Shown piece by piece: positions 28,758-41,234 of a stretch of DNA of 63,936 bases. How positions within the stretch are numbered: the first letter of the stretch is position 1; each line of letters starts with the position of its first letter. This DNA comes from Eledone cirrhosa (Eukaryota), in NCBI GenBank assembly GCA_964016885.1, contig CAXHJY010001282.1:1-63936 (forward strand), read 5' to 3'. The position numbers and the translations under genes are program-made. Under the pieces are notes generated by a model. That model saw only the letters and a program-made list of their open reading frames with translations. It was not told the origin of the DNA and made no database searches.

Positions 28758-29262
28758 TACATACATATACATACATATACATATTTTTTCAAAAATTGCA
28801 AAGAATATATTAACTAGGTATACATCCAAAACCTATCTCAGTCTATGATTACATGACACTCTGCAATCCATCTGTATTAGGATATTAATTTTAAGCCAAT
28901 TAAATTAAATTTTTAGGTTAACCAAATTTAAAACCAAATTATAAATATATTTCTAAAACGTACATTAATTAGGTCTATAATACTAAAAATTATTTCTCTG
29001 TCATTGAATACACGATATTTTGTTATATTTTATCTGTAAATGAATTTTAATAAAAGGTTAAATAAATTTAAATTAATCTATAAGTTAATTTACCAAGTGT
29101 ATATTAGTAATATTTAAAATTTTTTCACAATTTATGATTACACAATATTTTATAATCTCATCTGTAGTAGAATTTTAATTAAATTAAATTTATAGGTTAA
29201 CTAACATTTAAATTAAATTATATATTAATTTCTAAAATAATGTTATTAATTAGGTTTATAAT
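28230..29262. repeat. Degenerate AT-rich tandem repeat in the PLE 3 3' UTR
   Basis: Recurring attataggttaactaaattaaa and ttaggtttataata blocks. Confidence 0.6.
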
Positions 29263-31678
29263 ATTTAAATGTTTTTCTTAGTTTATGATTACACGATATA
29301 ATTAATTCCTGTCGTTTATTTAATAGGATATCCTTAGATTTCATTATTTCAAATAGTTCTTGGGAACATAATCTACATTCATTTCTATTATTTTGATAAG
29401 GGGTGGCTCTTTTGAGCACACTCCAGGTCATATCATATTCTATATTCTTATTTTTATAACTATTGATTTTTTCTGCTAGAGATGTTGTATTAGCCAGTGC
29501 GGCATTTTTAAAACTATGTTTGTGGGTATTAAACCTTGCCTTAAAATTGTTAGAAGTAGCTCCTATATATGAGCAAATAGAATCTTTAGTTTTAACATTA
29601 CATTTATAAATTATGTTGTTAACAAGACAATTTCCTTTTAATGGGCAGTTTGCTTTGTTTCTACAGTTACAACCTTTCGTTAATTCTGTATTTGAGGAGA
29701 TATTATGGTTAGTTTGATGTATTGGTGGTATACTTATGGTATTCTTACATTTATATGCATTATAGGCACTTATATTTTGTTTTATGTTATTTGTTGTTGA
29801 GTATGAGAATTTAACTGTAGACCTATTTAAGATTTGATGGTATTTGTGGTTTGGCGGGAAGTTTTTCTCTAGGATATAAAAAATTTTTTTAGCAATATTA
29901 TCCTTAATTTGTAAATTAAATGGAGCATTATACCAAGTAACCCGTCTATTACGGTTTCTATGTTGTTTATTATTTTTATAGGTTGTATCGTGATGTTTAC
30001 TAGGAGGATTAATGTTAATGATCTCACCACTCACATTTTTAGTTAGATTTGTAGATTTAGGTGTTTTATCTTGTTTATTAGGAGTTTTATTATTAACATT
30101 TATTAGAGTTGTATGATGAGTAGTTTTTTGAGAGTTACTATAGTTTATATTAGAAGAGTTGGTATTTTGGGGTATAGTGTGGGTGGCATTTAGGTGTGTA
30201 CTTTTCATTTGGTGTTTGTTGGTAATATTAGGTTGTATGTTTATAGTATTTTTAGTAGAAGGTATATATTCTAATCTATTTTTCTGGCCACTTCTATCTA
30301 GAGCTTCGTTATAGAAGGTCGCATTTTTATCAAATACATCTTGGTTAGAAGAAAGGTTAGAAATTCTAAGTGATATATTATATGCAAGGTTTTTAAGGAT
30401 AGATTTAGGGTGATTAGATTGTGAGTGTATGTAGTGTAAGTTTTGGTTGGGTTTATGGTAAGGTTGGTAGATACCCGTAGCTAAGTCTAAAGTTATATCT
30501 AGGAAATTTACTACTTTACTTGTTTTTTCAAAAGTAATATGAAGACTATAATAGTCTTTAAGGAAAGTTCTAATATGCTTTTTGTTTTTTTCTATTTCTG
30601 AAAGGCTAAGTTTGTTGGAAAGAAGAAGACAGTCATCACGATATAAACCACCTTTAAGGTGGGGAAAGGAGGCATTTATTTTGAAAAGGAGAAAGAGTCC
30701 CACAAGATCAGTAATTTGGGCGGAATCGCTTGAACCCATAGTAATATCAAATAGATTACTATATGTGTTTCTGGTCCAGTATTCATTCTGAAATTCAATA
30801 AGTGTTAGTCTAGCATGTGTAATAATATTAATGTCATCCAAAGTTAAGTTAGATCTATTTTTAGCAAATATCAATGCTTTGTTCAGGAGTATAGGTGATA
30901 TAGAAGAATAGTAATTATCTATATCAAATTGTAGAAATGAAGCAGAAGATTTACATCTAATATTTTTAAACCAGTTAATTACCTGGGAAGTGTTTTCCCA
31001 GAGTGGTAAAATAACGTGTTTTCTTATTTGTGGGATGACTCTATCCAAATTTTTTTTGCTAATTATTCCAATATCAGATTTGGAGGGACATATAAGTCTT
31101 ATAGAAGGATTTGAGTTAAAGTTTGATTTATGATCCTTCAGGTTGAAGTGTGGTCTTTTCAATGCCAAAGGTTCAGTTCTATCTTCAATGTTTAGTTTTT
31201 TTACTATGTTGTGTGTTTTGTTGTTGATGTTGGTGAGTGACGCATTATTAGATTTTTTATAATTTTTCCTGAGTTCTTTATATATGAACTCATTATAATC
31301 TTCAATATCCATGTGATACAAGTTACAAGTTTTGTCCGAGTGGACATGGATTTTTAAAGACTTTTTTAGGTCCAATAGGGTAGAATCAAGGTCCTTTTGA
31401 AAGACAGATTTATACTTTTTAAATTTGAGGTGTTTAATTAAATTAAAAAGGTCTTTCTCAAAGTCTTCAAGCAAAGAGTTGTGTGGTGGATTCTTGTAAG
31501 TATTGAAATCATACATATATTTCCTATCTGCATATTTAGATTTTTTCTCGAAGTGGTAGGCCCTCCATCTAACTCTTCTGATAAATTGGTTAGTTTTTTT
31601 AATCATAAGGAGTAAGAAATCATCCTTAGAAGGTATTGGTATGTTCTTTAAGGAGGTTCCCAAATATTGTTTTTCCAT
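29246..31678 (-). CDS. Intact PLE polyprotein, 810 aa from MEK: RT + GIY-YIG endonuclease (Naiad-like)
   Basis: QFDIDNYYSSI, ITMGSSDS, GLYRDDCL, VNFLDITL, YHKPN..SNHP, WYNAP, CNCRNKANCPLKGNC, IIYKC..SYIGAT, CRLC..E, LLNKR..CNH; no stops. Confidence 0.93.
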   Translation of the reverse strand: MEKQYLGTSLKNIPIPSKDDFLLLMIKKTNQFIRRVRWRAYHFEKKSKYADRKYMYDFNTYKNPPHNSLLEDFEKDLFNLIKHLKFKKYKSVFQKDLDSTLLDLKKSLKIHVHSDKTCNLYHMDIEDYNEFIYKELRKNYKKSNNASLTNINNKTHNIVKKLNIEDRTEPLALKRPHFNLKDHKSNFNSNPSIRLICPSKSDIGIISKKNLDRVIPQIRKHVILPLWENTSQVINWFKNIRCKSSASFLQFDIDNYYSSISPILLNKALIFAKNRSNLTLDDINIITHARLTLIEFQNEYWTRNTYSNLFDITMGSSDSAQITDLVGLFLLFKINASFPHLKGGLYRDDCLLLSNKLSLSEIEKNKKHIRTFLKDYYSLHITFEKTSKVVNFLDITLDLATGIYQPYHKPNQNLHYIHSQSNHPKSILKNLAYNISLRISNLSSNQDVFDKNATFYNEALDRSGQKNRLEYIPSTKNTINIQPNITNKHQMKSTHLNATHTIPQNTNSSNINYSNSQKTTHHTTLINVNNKTPNKQDKTPKSTNLTKNVSGEIININPPSKHHDTTYKNNKQHRNRNRRVTWYNAPFNLQIKDNIAKKIFYILEKNFPPNHKYHQILNRSTVKFSYSTTNNIKQNISAYNAYKCKNTISIPPIHQTNHNISSNTELTKGCNCRNKANCPLKGNCLVNNIIYKCNVKTKDSICSYIGATSNNFKARFNTHKHSFKNAALANTTSLAEKINSYKNKNIEYDMTWSVLKRATPYQNNRNECRLCSQELFEIMKSKDILLNKRQELIISCNHKLRKTFKYYKPN

Positions 31679-32032
31679 TGTGATATGGATGATGGACAAT
31701 TGAAAGAGCTCAACTAAATGTATATGGGTTTACAAAATCATACATATATATGTATATACATAAATATAAAATTAACACACACATACAGTACAAAAATACG
31801 AATATTTCCGTGAAAATAGGAGCAAAATTATGTAGATAAATCTACCAAGAGTTTACGGTAGTGTCCAATCCGTATGAAGAACTCAATGTAATCCGGATAT
31901 CATGGAAAGAAGAGATGCAATGAAAAATCACTTTCGGTGAAAGATAAACGGAATACAGAGTCAAGATAAAATATTAAAAAAATAATGAATAAAACAATGA
32001 AACAGTTCCTTATATTAAAACAAAAAAAGTTC

Positions 32033-32180
32033 ATTATTTAACGATCGTTTCTAGGATATATATGTGTTAGAATTGGCATGCATATTCAACAGATCTATGT
32101 ACAAAATTATACAAAATTATACAAACTATCAAAATTAAATATACATACCAACACATATATAAGCCGTCTTCAGAAATAAT
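32033..32180 (-). ncRNA. HHR family A in the 5' pseudo-LTR
   Basis: Copy of 25774-25921. Confidence 0.75.
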
Positions 32181-32786
32181 GAAATATATTTATTGATAAT
32201 AACAACAATTCAAAATTACAGGTCTGTTTGGGAACAGAGTTCAAATTGACCAATGGAAATACAAAAAGTTTATACAGTTAGGTGTGTGTATATATGCAAT
32301 TAACTTCGTTCACAGATATGCATAAAGATATATGTTCACATGCATACGCATGCCAAAAAAATGTATGTAAATACAAAAATTCAAGGCTAATGTCTCTGTA
32401 TGTTTATAATCTACAGATAAAATACGTATATACATATAAATATAAAAATAAATATATACACACATTCATATACTCACACATATACGTACATTCACACACA
32501 CACGCACGCATACGCATAAACATACACACAACCACGAACATAGATACACACACACACACCCACACACATATATATGTGTATATACTATTATCATAAGCAT
32601 ATGGACATTAATGTGCGCACATAAACACTGCCACACATATTTAGATCCAGATACAGAAGGTAGGTGGGGGGAGGGGGAAGAGGTCAGTATACACCGGTGT
32701 CAGCAGACTGCCTATTTATAAATGTATCTATAAATTTAGAAATAAAAAGAAAAGAAAAGGAAAAGAAAAAAGAAATATATCAAGAA

Positions 32787-32847
<61 letters not shown>

Positions 32848-32881
32848 AAGTAAAATATAAAATATACATTAATATACATAC

Positions 32882-32950
<69 letters not shown>

Positions 32951-33163
32951 CATATACATACACATACATACACATATACACAAACACATACATACACATG
33001 CATATACATACACACACCATATAAATACACATACACATACACACACGCATACATATAGAGACACATACATATACACATATAAATACATATACATATACAC
33101 ATATACACATATATATATATATACACACATACACGCATACATATATATATATATACATTCACA

Positions 33164-33210
<47 letters not shown>

Positions 33211-33710
33211 TATCTACACACATACATAAACACACTCTGTATCTGGATCTAAATATGTGTGGCAGTGTTTATGTGCGCGCATTAATGTCCATATGCTTAT
33301 GATAATAGTATATACACATATATATGTGTGGGTGTGTGTGTGTGTATCTATGTTCGTGGTTGTGTGTATGTTTATGCGTATGCGTGCGTGTGTGTGTGAA
33401 TGTACGTATATGTGTGAGTATATGAATGTGTGTATATATTTATTTTTATATTTATATGTATATACGTATTTTATCTGTAGATTATAAACATACAGTGACA
33501 TTAGCCTTGAATTTTTGTATTTACATACATCTTTTTGGCATGCGTATGCATGTGAACATATATCTTTATGCATATCTGTGAACGAAGTTAATTGCATATA
33601 TACACACACCTAACTGTATAAACTTTTTGTATTTTCATTGGTCAATTTGAACTCTGTTCCCAAACAGACCTGTAATTTTGAATTGTTGTTATTATCAATA
33701 AATATATTTC

Positions 33711-33858
33711 ATTATTTCTGAAGACGGCTTATATATGTGTTGGTATGTATATTTAATTTTGATAGTTTGTATAATTTTGTATAATTTTGTACATAGATCT
33801 GTTGAATATGCATGCCAATTCTAACACATATATATCCTAGAAACGATCGTTAAATAAT
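33711..33858 (+). ncRNA. HHR family A in the inverted segment
   Basis: Inverted copy of 32033-32180. Confidence 0.75.
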
Positions 33859-33959
33859 GAACTTTTTTTGTTTTAATATAAGGAACTGTTTCATTGTTTT
33901 ATTCATTATTTTTTAAATATTTTATATGTATATATATATATACATATGTATATATATAC

Positions 33960-34045
<86 letters not shown>

Positions 34046-34101
34046 GTGTATATATATGTATATATATATGTATATATAAATATGTATATATATAATATAT
34101 A

Positions 34102-34147
<46 letters not shown>

Positions 34148-34158
34148 AACAAGTAAGA

Positions 34159-34251
34159 CCCCGACGGCTGAGCTCAAGCCGTTTCGACGGCTAATTCTGT
34201 AGTGAATGAAAAATTAATTCTGCTATTTAAATAGCCGAACTTATCAAGGGG
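34159..34251 (-). ncRNA. HHR with U3:A8 variant core, stable stem III and extended stem II (family J)
   Basis: cccc-TTGATAA-gttcggcta...tagccgtc-GAA ACGGCT tgagctc AGCCGT C-gggg. Confidence 0.72.
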
Positions 34252-34345
34252 TAATTCCATATATTGTCAAAGAGATAATCACCAGGATTGGTCACATCGC
34301 AAGTTAGTAGTAAATATAATATATATATATATATGTATATATATA

Positions 34346-34381
<36 letters not shown>

Positions 34382-34468
34382 GTATATATATATATGTATA
34401 TATATATCTATATGTATATATATATCTCTCTATATATATATGTATATATATATATATATGTATATATG

Positions 34469-34515
<47 letters not shown>

Positions 34516-34516
34516 G

Positions 34517-34609
<93 letters not shown>

Positions 34610-34672
34610 GTATATATATATATATGTATATATATATGTATGTATATATGTATGTATATATATACATATATG

Positions 34673-34703
<31 letters not shown>

Positions 34704-34718
34704 ATATATATATATATG

Positions 34719-34781
<63 letters not shown>

Positions 34782-34782
34782 G

Positions 34783-34855
<73 letters not shown>

Positions 34856-34916
34856 CTATATATATATGTATATATATATCTATATATATATATATATGTC
34901 TATATATATCTATATA

Positions 34917-35013
<97 letters not shown>

Positions 35014-35048
35014 CACATGAATCAAAGTTCTGTTCAAACCATTTATTA

Positions 35049-35093
35049 GCTTACAATTGTTTCGTCCAAACCGAGGACTGATGTCTTCGGAGC
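35049..35093 (-). ncRNA. HHR-like motif with CCGAAGA core (family K); sense copy at about 38168-38212 (+)
   Basis: gct-CCGAAGA-..gtcc tcggttt ggac-GAAAC AATT GTA-agc. Confidence 0.6.
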
Positions 35094-35876
35094 AATTTTT
35101 CGATGATTGTTTACATACAAGACCTCCTTTCCAACACAAGAGACATACAGAAACATATGTATATATCGATGCACAGTGGGGTGACATCCATTATAATATT
35201 TTTGCATGGCAATTTAAATTCAAAAATTAAAATCATATTAAAACAAAATTAAAGTTAAAATACAACATCGGCAGTTTACGAAGATAATGCAAGAGGATAG
35301 TTTGTTAAGTCATTTGAAGTAGTTAGTGCATGCAATACTTACACGTGGGGCATGCACGTGTGTCTTATTTATATAAGGTACGGCAAGGTGTTATATGCAA
35401 TACAAGCACTTTAAGCGGGTAATCAAGAGTATTATGGGGCTTGTATTGGTAAAGTATTTTTTATGTATGATAAAGAAGCTTATGTGCAGAGAAATATTAT
35501 AAATGAGAAGCAAAATAATGTTAAGGTTTTTGTATACACCACCATTTTCACAATCCAGGAAACGTAATATATAGATTATATGTCCTTCACATAATTAACG
35601 ATGATTCAGTATTGGATGTTTGATGTATAAGGTTAGATTATTACAGCTTGTTGCGGCTCAGTGTTCCTTAATCCAATTCTATAGAGCAGGTTGTTTTGGT
35701 TGCGAGAATTTACATCGTTTTATTTTCCGGAAGTATGTGTGTGATTAAGGCGAGTTAATGCGTGAGGGGAGGTAACTAGCTGATTTCTACAACTAAATTT
35801 ATTATTCCAATGTACATTAAAAGGTGTCTCAATTGAGTCATTATATATATGGTTATATACAGTTTACAAATTTAAG

Positions 35877-36753
35877 GAAACAACTCACCAGACATAAAAA
35901 ACAAAAATAGAAGAAGAAATAATACATTTTTCAACCCTCCTTTCAATCTAAACGTCTCTACCGACCTACCCAAGGCTTTCTTCTCACTCCTAGATAAAAG
36001 CTTCCCATCTGGCCATAAGTACCATAGCCTTTTAAACAAAAACACAATTAAAATCTCCTACTCTACTACGCCTAACATAGCATACCACATAGCTAGTAAC
36101 AATAAAAGAAAAAATAATTCTTACTTCCAACAAACTAAATCACAACAGGGGTAAACCTTCAAAATAACATTATATCAACTAACCCTGATATCAATAGTAA
36201 TAATAGTAATAGCACTAGTGTAAGCAATAACGCTGGGAACGACAACCCCCATAACCATAATCCTTCAGCTACCATCCAGACTTCTACAAAACATAATAAC
36301 CGGCAGTCTAACATCCAGAATAATTGTAACTGTAGATCTAATGGAACCTGCCCTTTAGATAAAAAATGCTTAATCAAGGATATCATATACTCATGCACCG
36401 TCACAACTAGCAACTCTTCTGAAACCTATATAGGCTCTACTTCAAACTGCTTCAAAACCAGATACAATTCGCACCTCCATTCTTTCAAAAAACACCGTCT
36501 AGCCAACTCCACTTCACTATCTAGCTACATACACTATCTAAAAACTAAAAATAGATCTTAAACACTTAAATGGGAAGGGATAGGTAAGGCGACATCGTAC
36601 AAACCACCTAATAAATGTTGTAACCTCTGTCTACTAGAGATCCATACTATTATCTTCTCAAACCATAACCTCCTTAATAAAAAATCAGAAGTGTTCGCGT
36701 CATGTCAGCACTGCTTCCGACACTCCTTCCACAACTTTAAACCCAATATATAG
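35877..36753 (+). pseudogene. PLE linker + GIY-YIG fragment
   Basis: FFNPPF..FPSGHKYH..ISYSTTPN; CNCRSNGTCPLDKKC, IIYSC..TYIGST, CNLC; contains stops/frameshift. Confidence 0.88.
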
Positions 36754-38245
36754 CAATGTCACACTCAATGATCCACCCTATCTTAACACAATTCGTGACA
36801 TCTATCTAAAACCTTTTACCCTAGAAATACCCCTATGTACATCTACTTTTAGTACAATTACCTTCAATTACTTAGACTACTTTATATCACTATATAATTA
36901 TATGTAAACTTTAAACACTGAATTATTTGTGCAAATGTTGTTCTATGTATGGAGTACTATCATTAGATAAATAGAAGATTAATTTATTAACATAAAAGAG
37001 CTATATAGCCTATATGTTGAGTACAATAAATTATGTACAAGTGGTATATGAGTTATACATACATGTATAACTTGATAGACAGATTAATGACATTGTAAGT
37101 GAGAATTGCTCTTTGGTCTACCCTAGAGATATTTAACTTTGCCATGCAATCAGCCATGCGCTGACCCAGAGATTACCAGGGGTTATATATAGACGTGGTT
37201 CTTATAAGACCCTGTCAGGTTCTGTGAGTAGACTACATTTAGAAAGATCATTGATATGGAGATCTGACTCTTCATATGGAATATTCAGTTGTAGCACTCT
37301 ATGATATGGAGTAATCATTCTAATATAGATACCTTTAGTACTTCTTGATGGAGTAGACTGTAATTTAAAGATAGGATACTTAAATTTGTAAACTGCATAT
37401 AACCATATATATAAGGGACTCAATTGAGACACCTTTTAATGTACATTGGAATAATAAATTTAGTTGTAGAAATCAGCTAGTTACCTCCCCTCACGCATTA
37501 ACTCCCCTTAATCACACACATACTTCCGGAAAATAAAACGATGTAAATTCTCGCAACAAAAACAACCTGCTCTATAGAATTGGATTAAGGAACACTGAGC
37601 CGCAACAAGCTGTAATAATCTAATCTTATACATCAAACATCCAATACTGAATCATCGTTAATTATGTGAAGGACATATAATCTATATATTACGTTTCCTG
37701 GATTGTGAAAATGGTGGTGTATACAAAAACCATAACATTATTTTGCTTCTCATTTATAATATTTCTCTGCACATAAGCTTCTTTATCATACATAAAAAAT
37801 ACTTTACCAATACAAGCCCCATAATACTCTTGATTACCCGCTTAAAGTGCTTGTATTGCATATAATACCTTGCCGCACAATAATCTTATATAAATAAGAC
37901 ACACGTGCATGCCCCACGTGTAAGTATTGCATGCACTAACTACTTCAAATGACTAACAAACTATCCTCTTGCATTATCTTCGTAAATTGCTGATGTTGTA
38001 TTTTAACTTTAATTTTGTCTTAATATGATTTTAATTTTTGAATTTAAATTGCCATGCAAAACTATTATAATGGATGTCACCCCAGTGTGCATCGATATAT
38101 ACATATGTTTCTGTATGTCTCTTGTGTTGAAAAGGAGGTCATGTATGTAAACAATCATTGAAAAATTGCTCCGAAGACCCCAAACCTCGGTTTGGACGAA
38201 ACAATTATAAATTAATAAATGGTTTGAACAGAACTTTGATTCATG

Positions 38246-38379
<134 letters not shown>

Positions 38380-38411
38380 AGATCAAAAGATGGTTAAAGG
38401 AGTTCCATGTA

Positions 38412-38478
38412 TTTTATTATGCGCATTTCAAAAACAAACATCATCATGCAATAATATTTGTGTTTTCATCAGATAAAA
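38412..38478 (-). ncRNA. HHR (family L)
   Basis: ttttat-CTGATGA-[36-nt hairpin]-GAAA TGCGCA TA-ataaaa. Confidence 0.78.
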
Positions 38479-39515
38479 CAGGAGAACATGATATGAAGGC
38501 TAAAAAACACTTGTGGATAGTGCAGTTTTAAATCAACATAAGAAAAGTGGTTTTAGATTGATGTGTGATATTGGGAAAAATATTTTATTTAGAGGGTGGG
38601 GTGGGGGTGGAAAGGATGAAAACGGAGAGGAGATGAGAGGGAGAGATGGGTGATAGAGAGAAAGAGATAGTTTTTATAACTGAGAGAAGATATATTGTTT
38701 TACATAGAGAGGTTGAAAACCGTTGGAAGATAATGTATAAATTAAAAGAATTTGAAAATTAACGAAGGGAAGATATGTGCGAGGAAAAAATATTTTATTT
38801 AGGGAGGGGGGGGGGGAGTGGAAAGGATGAAAAAAGGGGGAGGAGATGAGAGTGAAGGTGGAGAGGGAGAGATGGGTGATAGAGAGAAAGAGATAGTTTT
38901 TATAACTGAGAAAAGATATATTGTTTTACATAGAGAGGTTGAGAACCGTTGGAAGATAATGTATAAATTAAAGGAATTTGAAAATTAACGAAGGGAATTT
39001 ATGTATGAAGATAGAGAGAAAAATAATAATTGTGGATGAATATTCTAACGTCAAAAAAAGTGTATGTTGATAAGTATTGTGGTAATTTCAAAATTAACGA
39101 AGAGAAAAATTATTAAGGTTTGTGTGTAGAAGGATTTGAGAAAAATAATGTGAAGTTAAAGTTTGTATATTGAAGGAATTGATAATATATGCGAATAAAG
39201 AGTTAATATGTATTAAGAATGAGTTCGTTGATGGGGAGAAAAAAATAATAAATTAAGGATGAAATTGAGATTAAAAAGTTTTATGATAGAGAGAAAAAAT
39301 AATAATAATTGCGGATGAATATTCTAACGTCAAAAAACAAATGTATATGTTATGAAGGATTTTACAAGGTGAAGATAGAAAGAGGGTAATGAGTAAACAA
39401 GTATTATAGAGTGTATAATGCCCTTTGAAGTAAGGTAGGAAGATGGGTATATTTTAAAGAGGTGTATGTATATGTGCCTTTGAGAAAAGATTCTAAATTG
39501 ATAAAGAATTGAATA

Positions 39516-40855
39516 TTAACTGTATACTTTGTGAAAAGTCCTATGGAATTTATGCAGGCAGATAGAAAACAAATCTGTACGTCTATTTATTATAGAATCT
39601 AGGTTAGAGATAATGGTAAATTTTTCATTTAGGCAGAGATTACAGATTTTAGATAGAGAGCTGTTCAAGTATGAGGATGCAGAAGAAACCTTCTTCCAAA
39701 AGATGGTATATTTAATGTTTTTGTCTTTCAAGGACCATATGAGTTCTGAGAGAGCCGTGTTGGTTCTTTTAATTTTGTATTTGAAAGATGAATGGTGATT
39801 ATAGAGACGAGCTTTAAAAGAGGTGGAAGTGGAGCCAAAATAGGTGAAGGAATTGGTGCTAGTTATAATTTTACATTCATAAATTAAGTTTTTATCGAGA
39901 CAATGGTTGTTGAGAGGACATTTATTTTTAATGCGGCAGTTGCAATTAGAGAGATTATTAATGAGTGACCTAGTGTTATCTATAGAAGGAATTGGATTGG
40001 AGAAGTTGTTTGCGATAGGAATAATAGGAATAATAGTTTCTTGATTTAGAGTTGGATTATGAACATTTAGCGAAGTTGTGTTTGACGTTGTATTTGGGTT
40101 TACAGAAGTTAGCCTAGGGTTTACAATGACGTCGGGAGTACTATTACTGTTATTATGAAATTCAATGTTGGAAGGAAGAGATTTAGTATTTAGTATTTTA
40201 TTGTTGTGTTTAGAGATGATGTTGGAAATATTGGAGGATGTAGAATAAGAAAATTTGATGGTGGGTTTGTTAAATATTTTACTATAGATATGTGAGGGAG
40301 GGAAGCATTTATTTAAGGCACTAAAAAATAATTTAGGAATATTGTTATTAATAGAGATGGAGAAAGGAGCATTATACCAGATTATGTTTTTGTATCTAGG
40401 TCTTTTATTAAAATTATTGGAATGATCATGATTAATTATTCTACTGTAAGTTTTTCTAGAATTTGTTTCTTTACTATATTTGATTTTATCTGGATAGCCG
40501 GCTTTAGAAAGTGCGTTATTATAGTAATTGGCGTTAGCATCAAAGATGTTTTTATTAGAAGATATGTTAGATATTCTTTTTCCAATATTACTAACTATAG
40601 CATTCTTGATATTGGTAGGATGGTTAGATTTAAAGTTAACATAATTTAGGTTCTCATTGTTTTTATGGTAAGGGTAATATAGACCAGTGTCAAGATTAAG
40701 AGATACATCCAAGAAATTAGCTAGTTTGATACTATTATCAAATTCAATTTTTAGGTTATATTGGTTAAAGAGATTACGTATATTGTTCTTAATAATATTA
40801 AGGTTAACTATATTGCAATTTAGGATAGTAAAGAGTCACGATAAATTCCACCGCG
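39516..40855 (-). pseudogene. PLE RT C-terminal half + GIY-YIG, 5'-truncated
   Basis: GGIYRD, NFLDVSL, YHKNN..SNHP, WYNAP, CNCRIKNKCPLNNHC, LIYEC..TYFGST. Confidence 0.9.
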
Positions 40856-40927
40856 AGTCGACTGTAGAGTGCTTCTTATCCGATATCTGCATTGCTTTAT
40901 TGTACTACAATAAAACTCACCTCCTAC

Positions 40928-41019
<92 letters not shown>

Positions 41020-41029
41020 TACATATACA

Positions 41030-41076
<47 letters not shown>

Positions 41077-41170
41077 ATACATATATATATATTATATATA
41101 TATATACATATATATATATCATATATATATACATATATATATATACACATATATATATACATATATATAC

Positions 41171-41228
<58 letters not shown>

Positions 41229-41234
41229 GTATAT

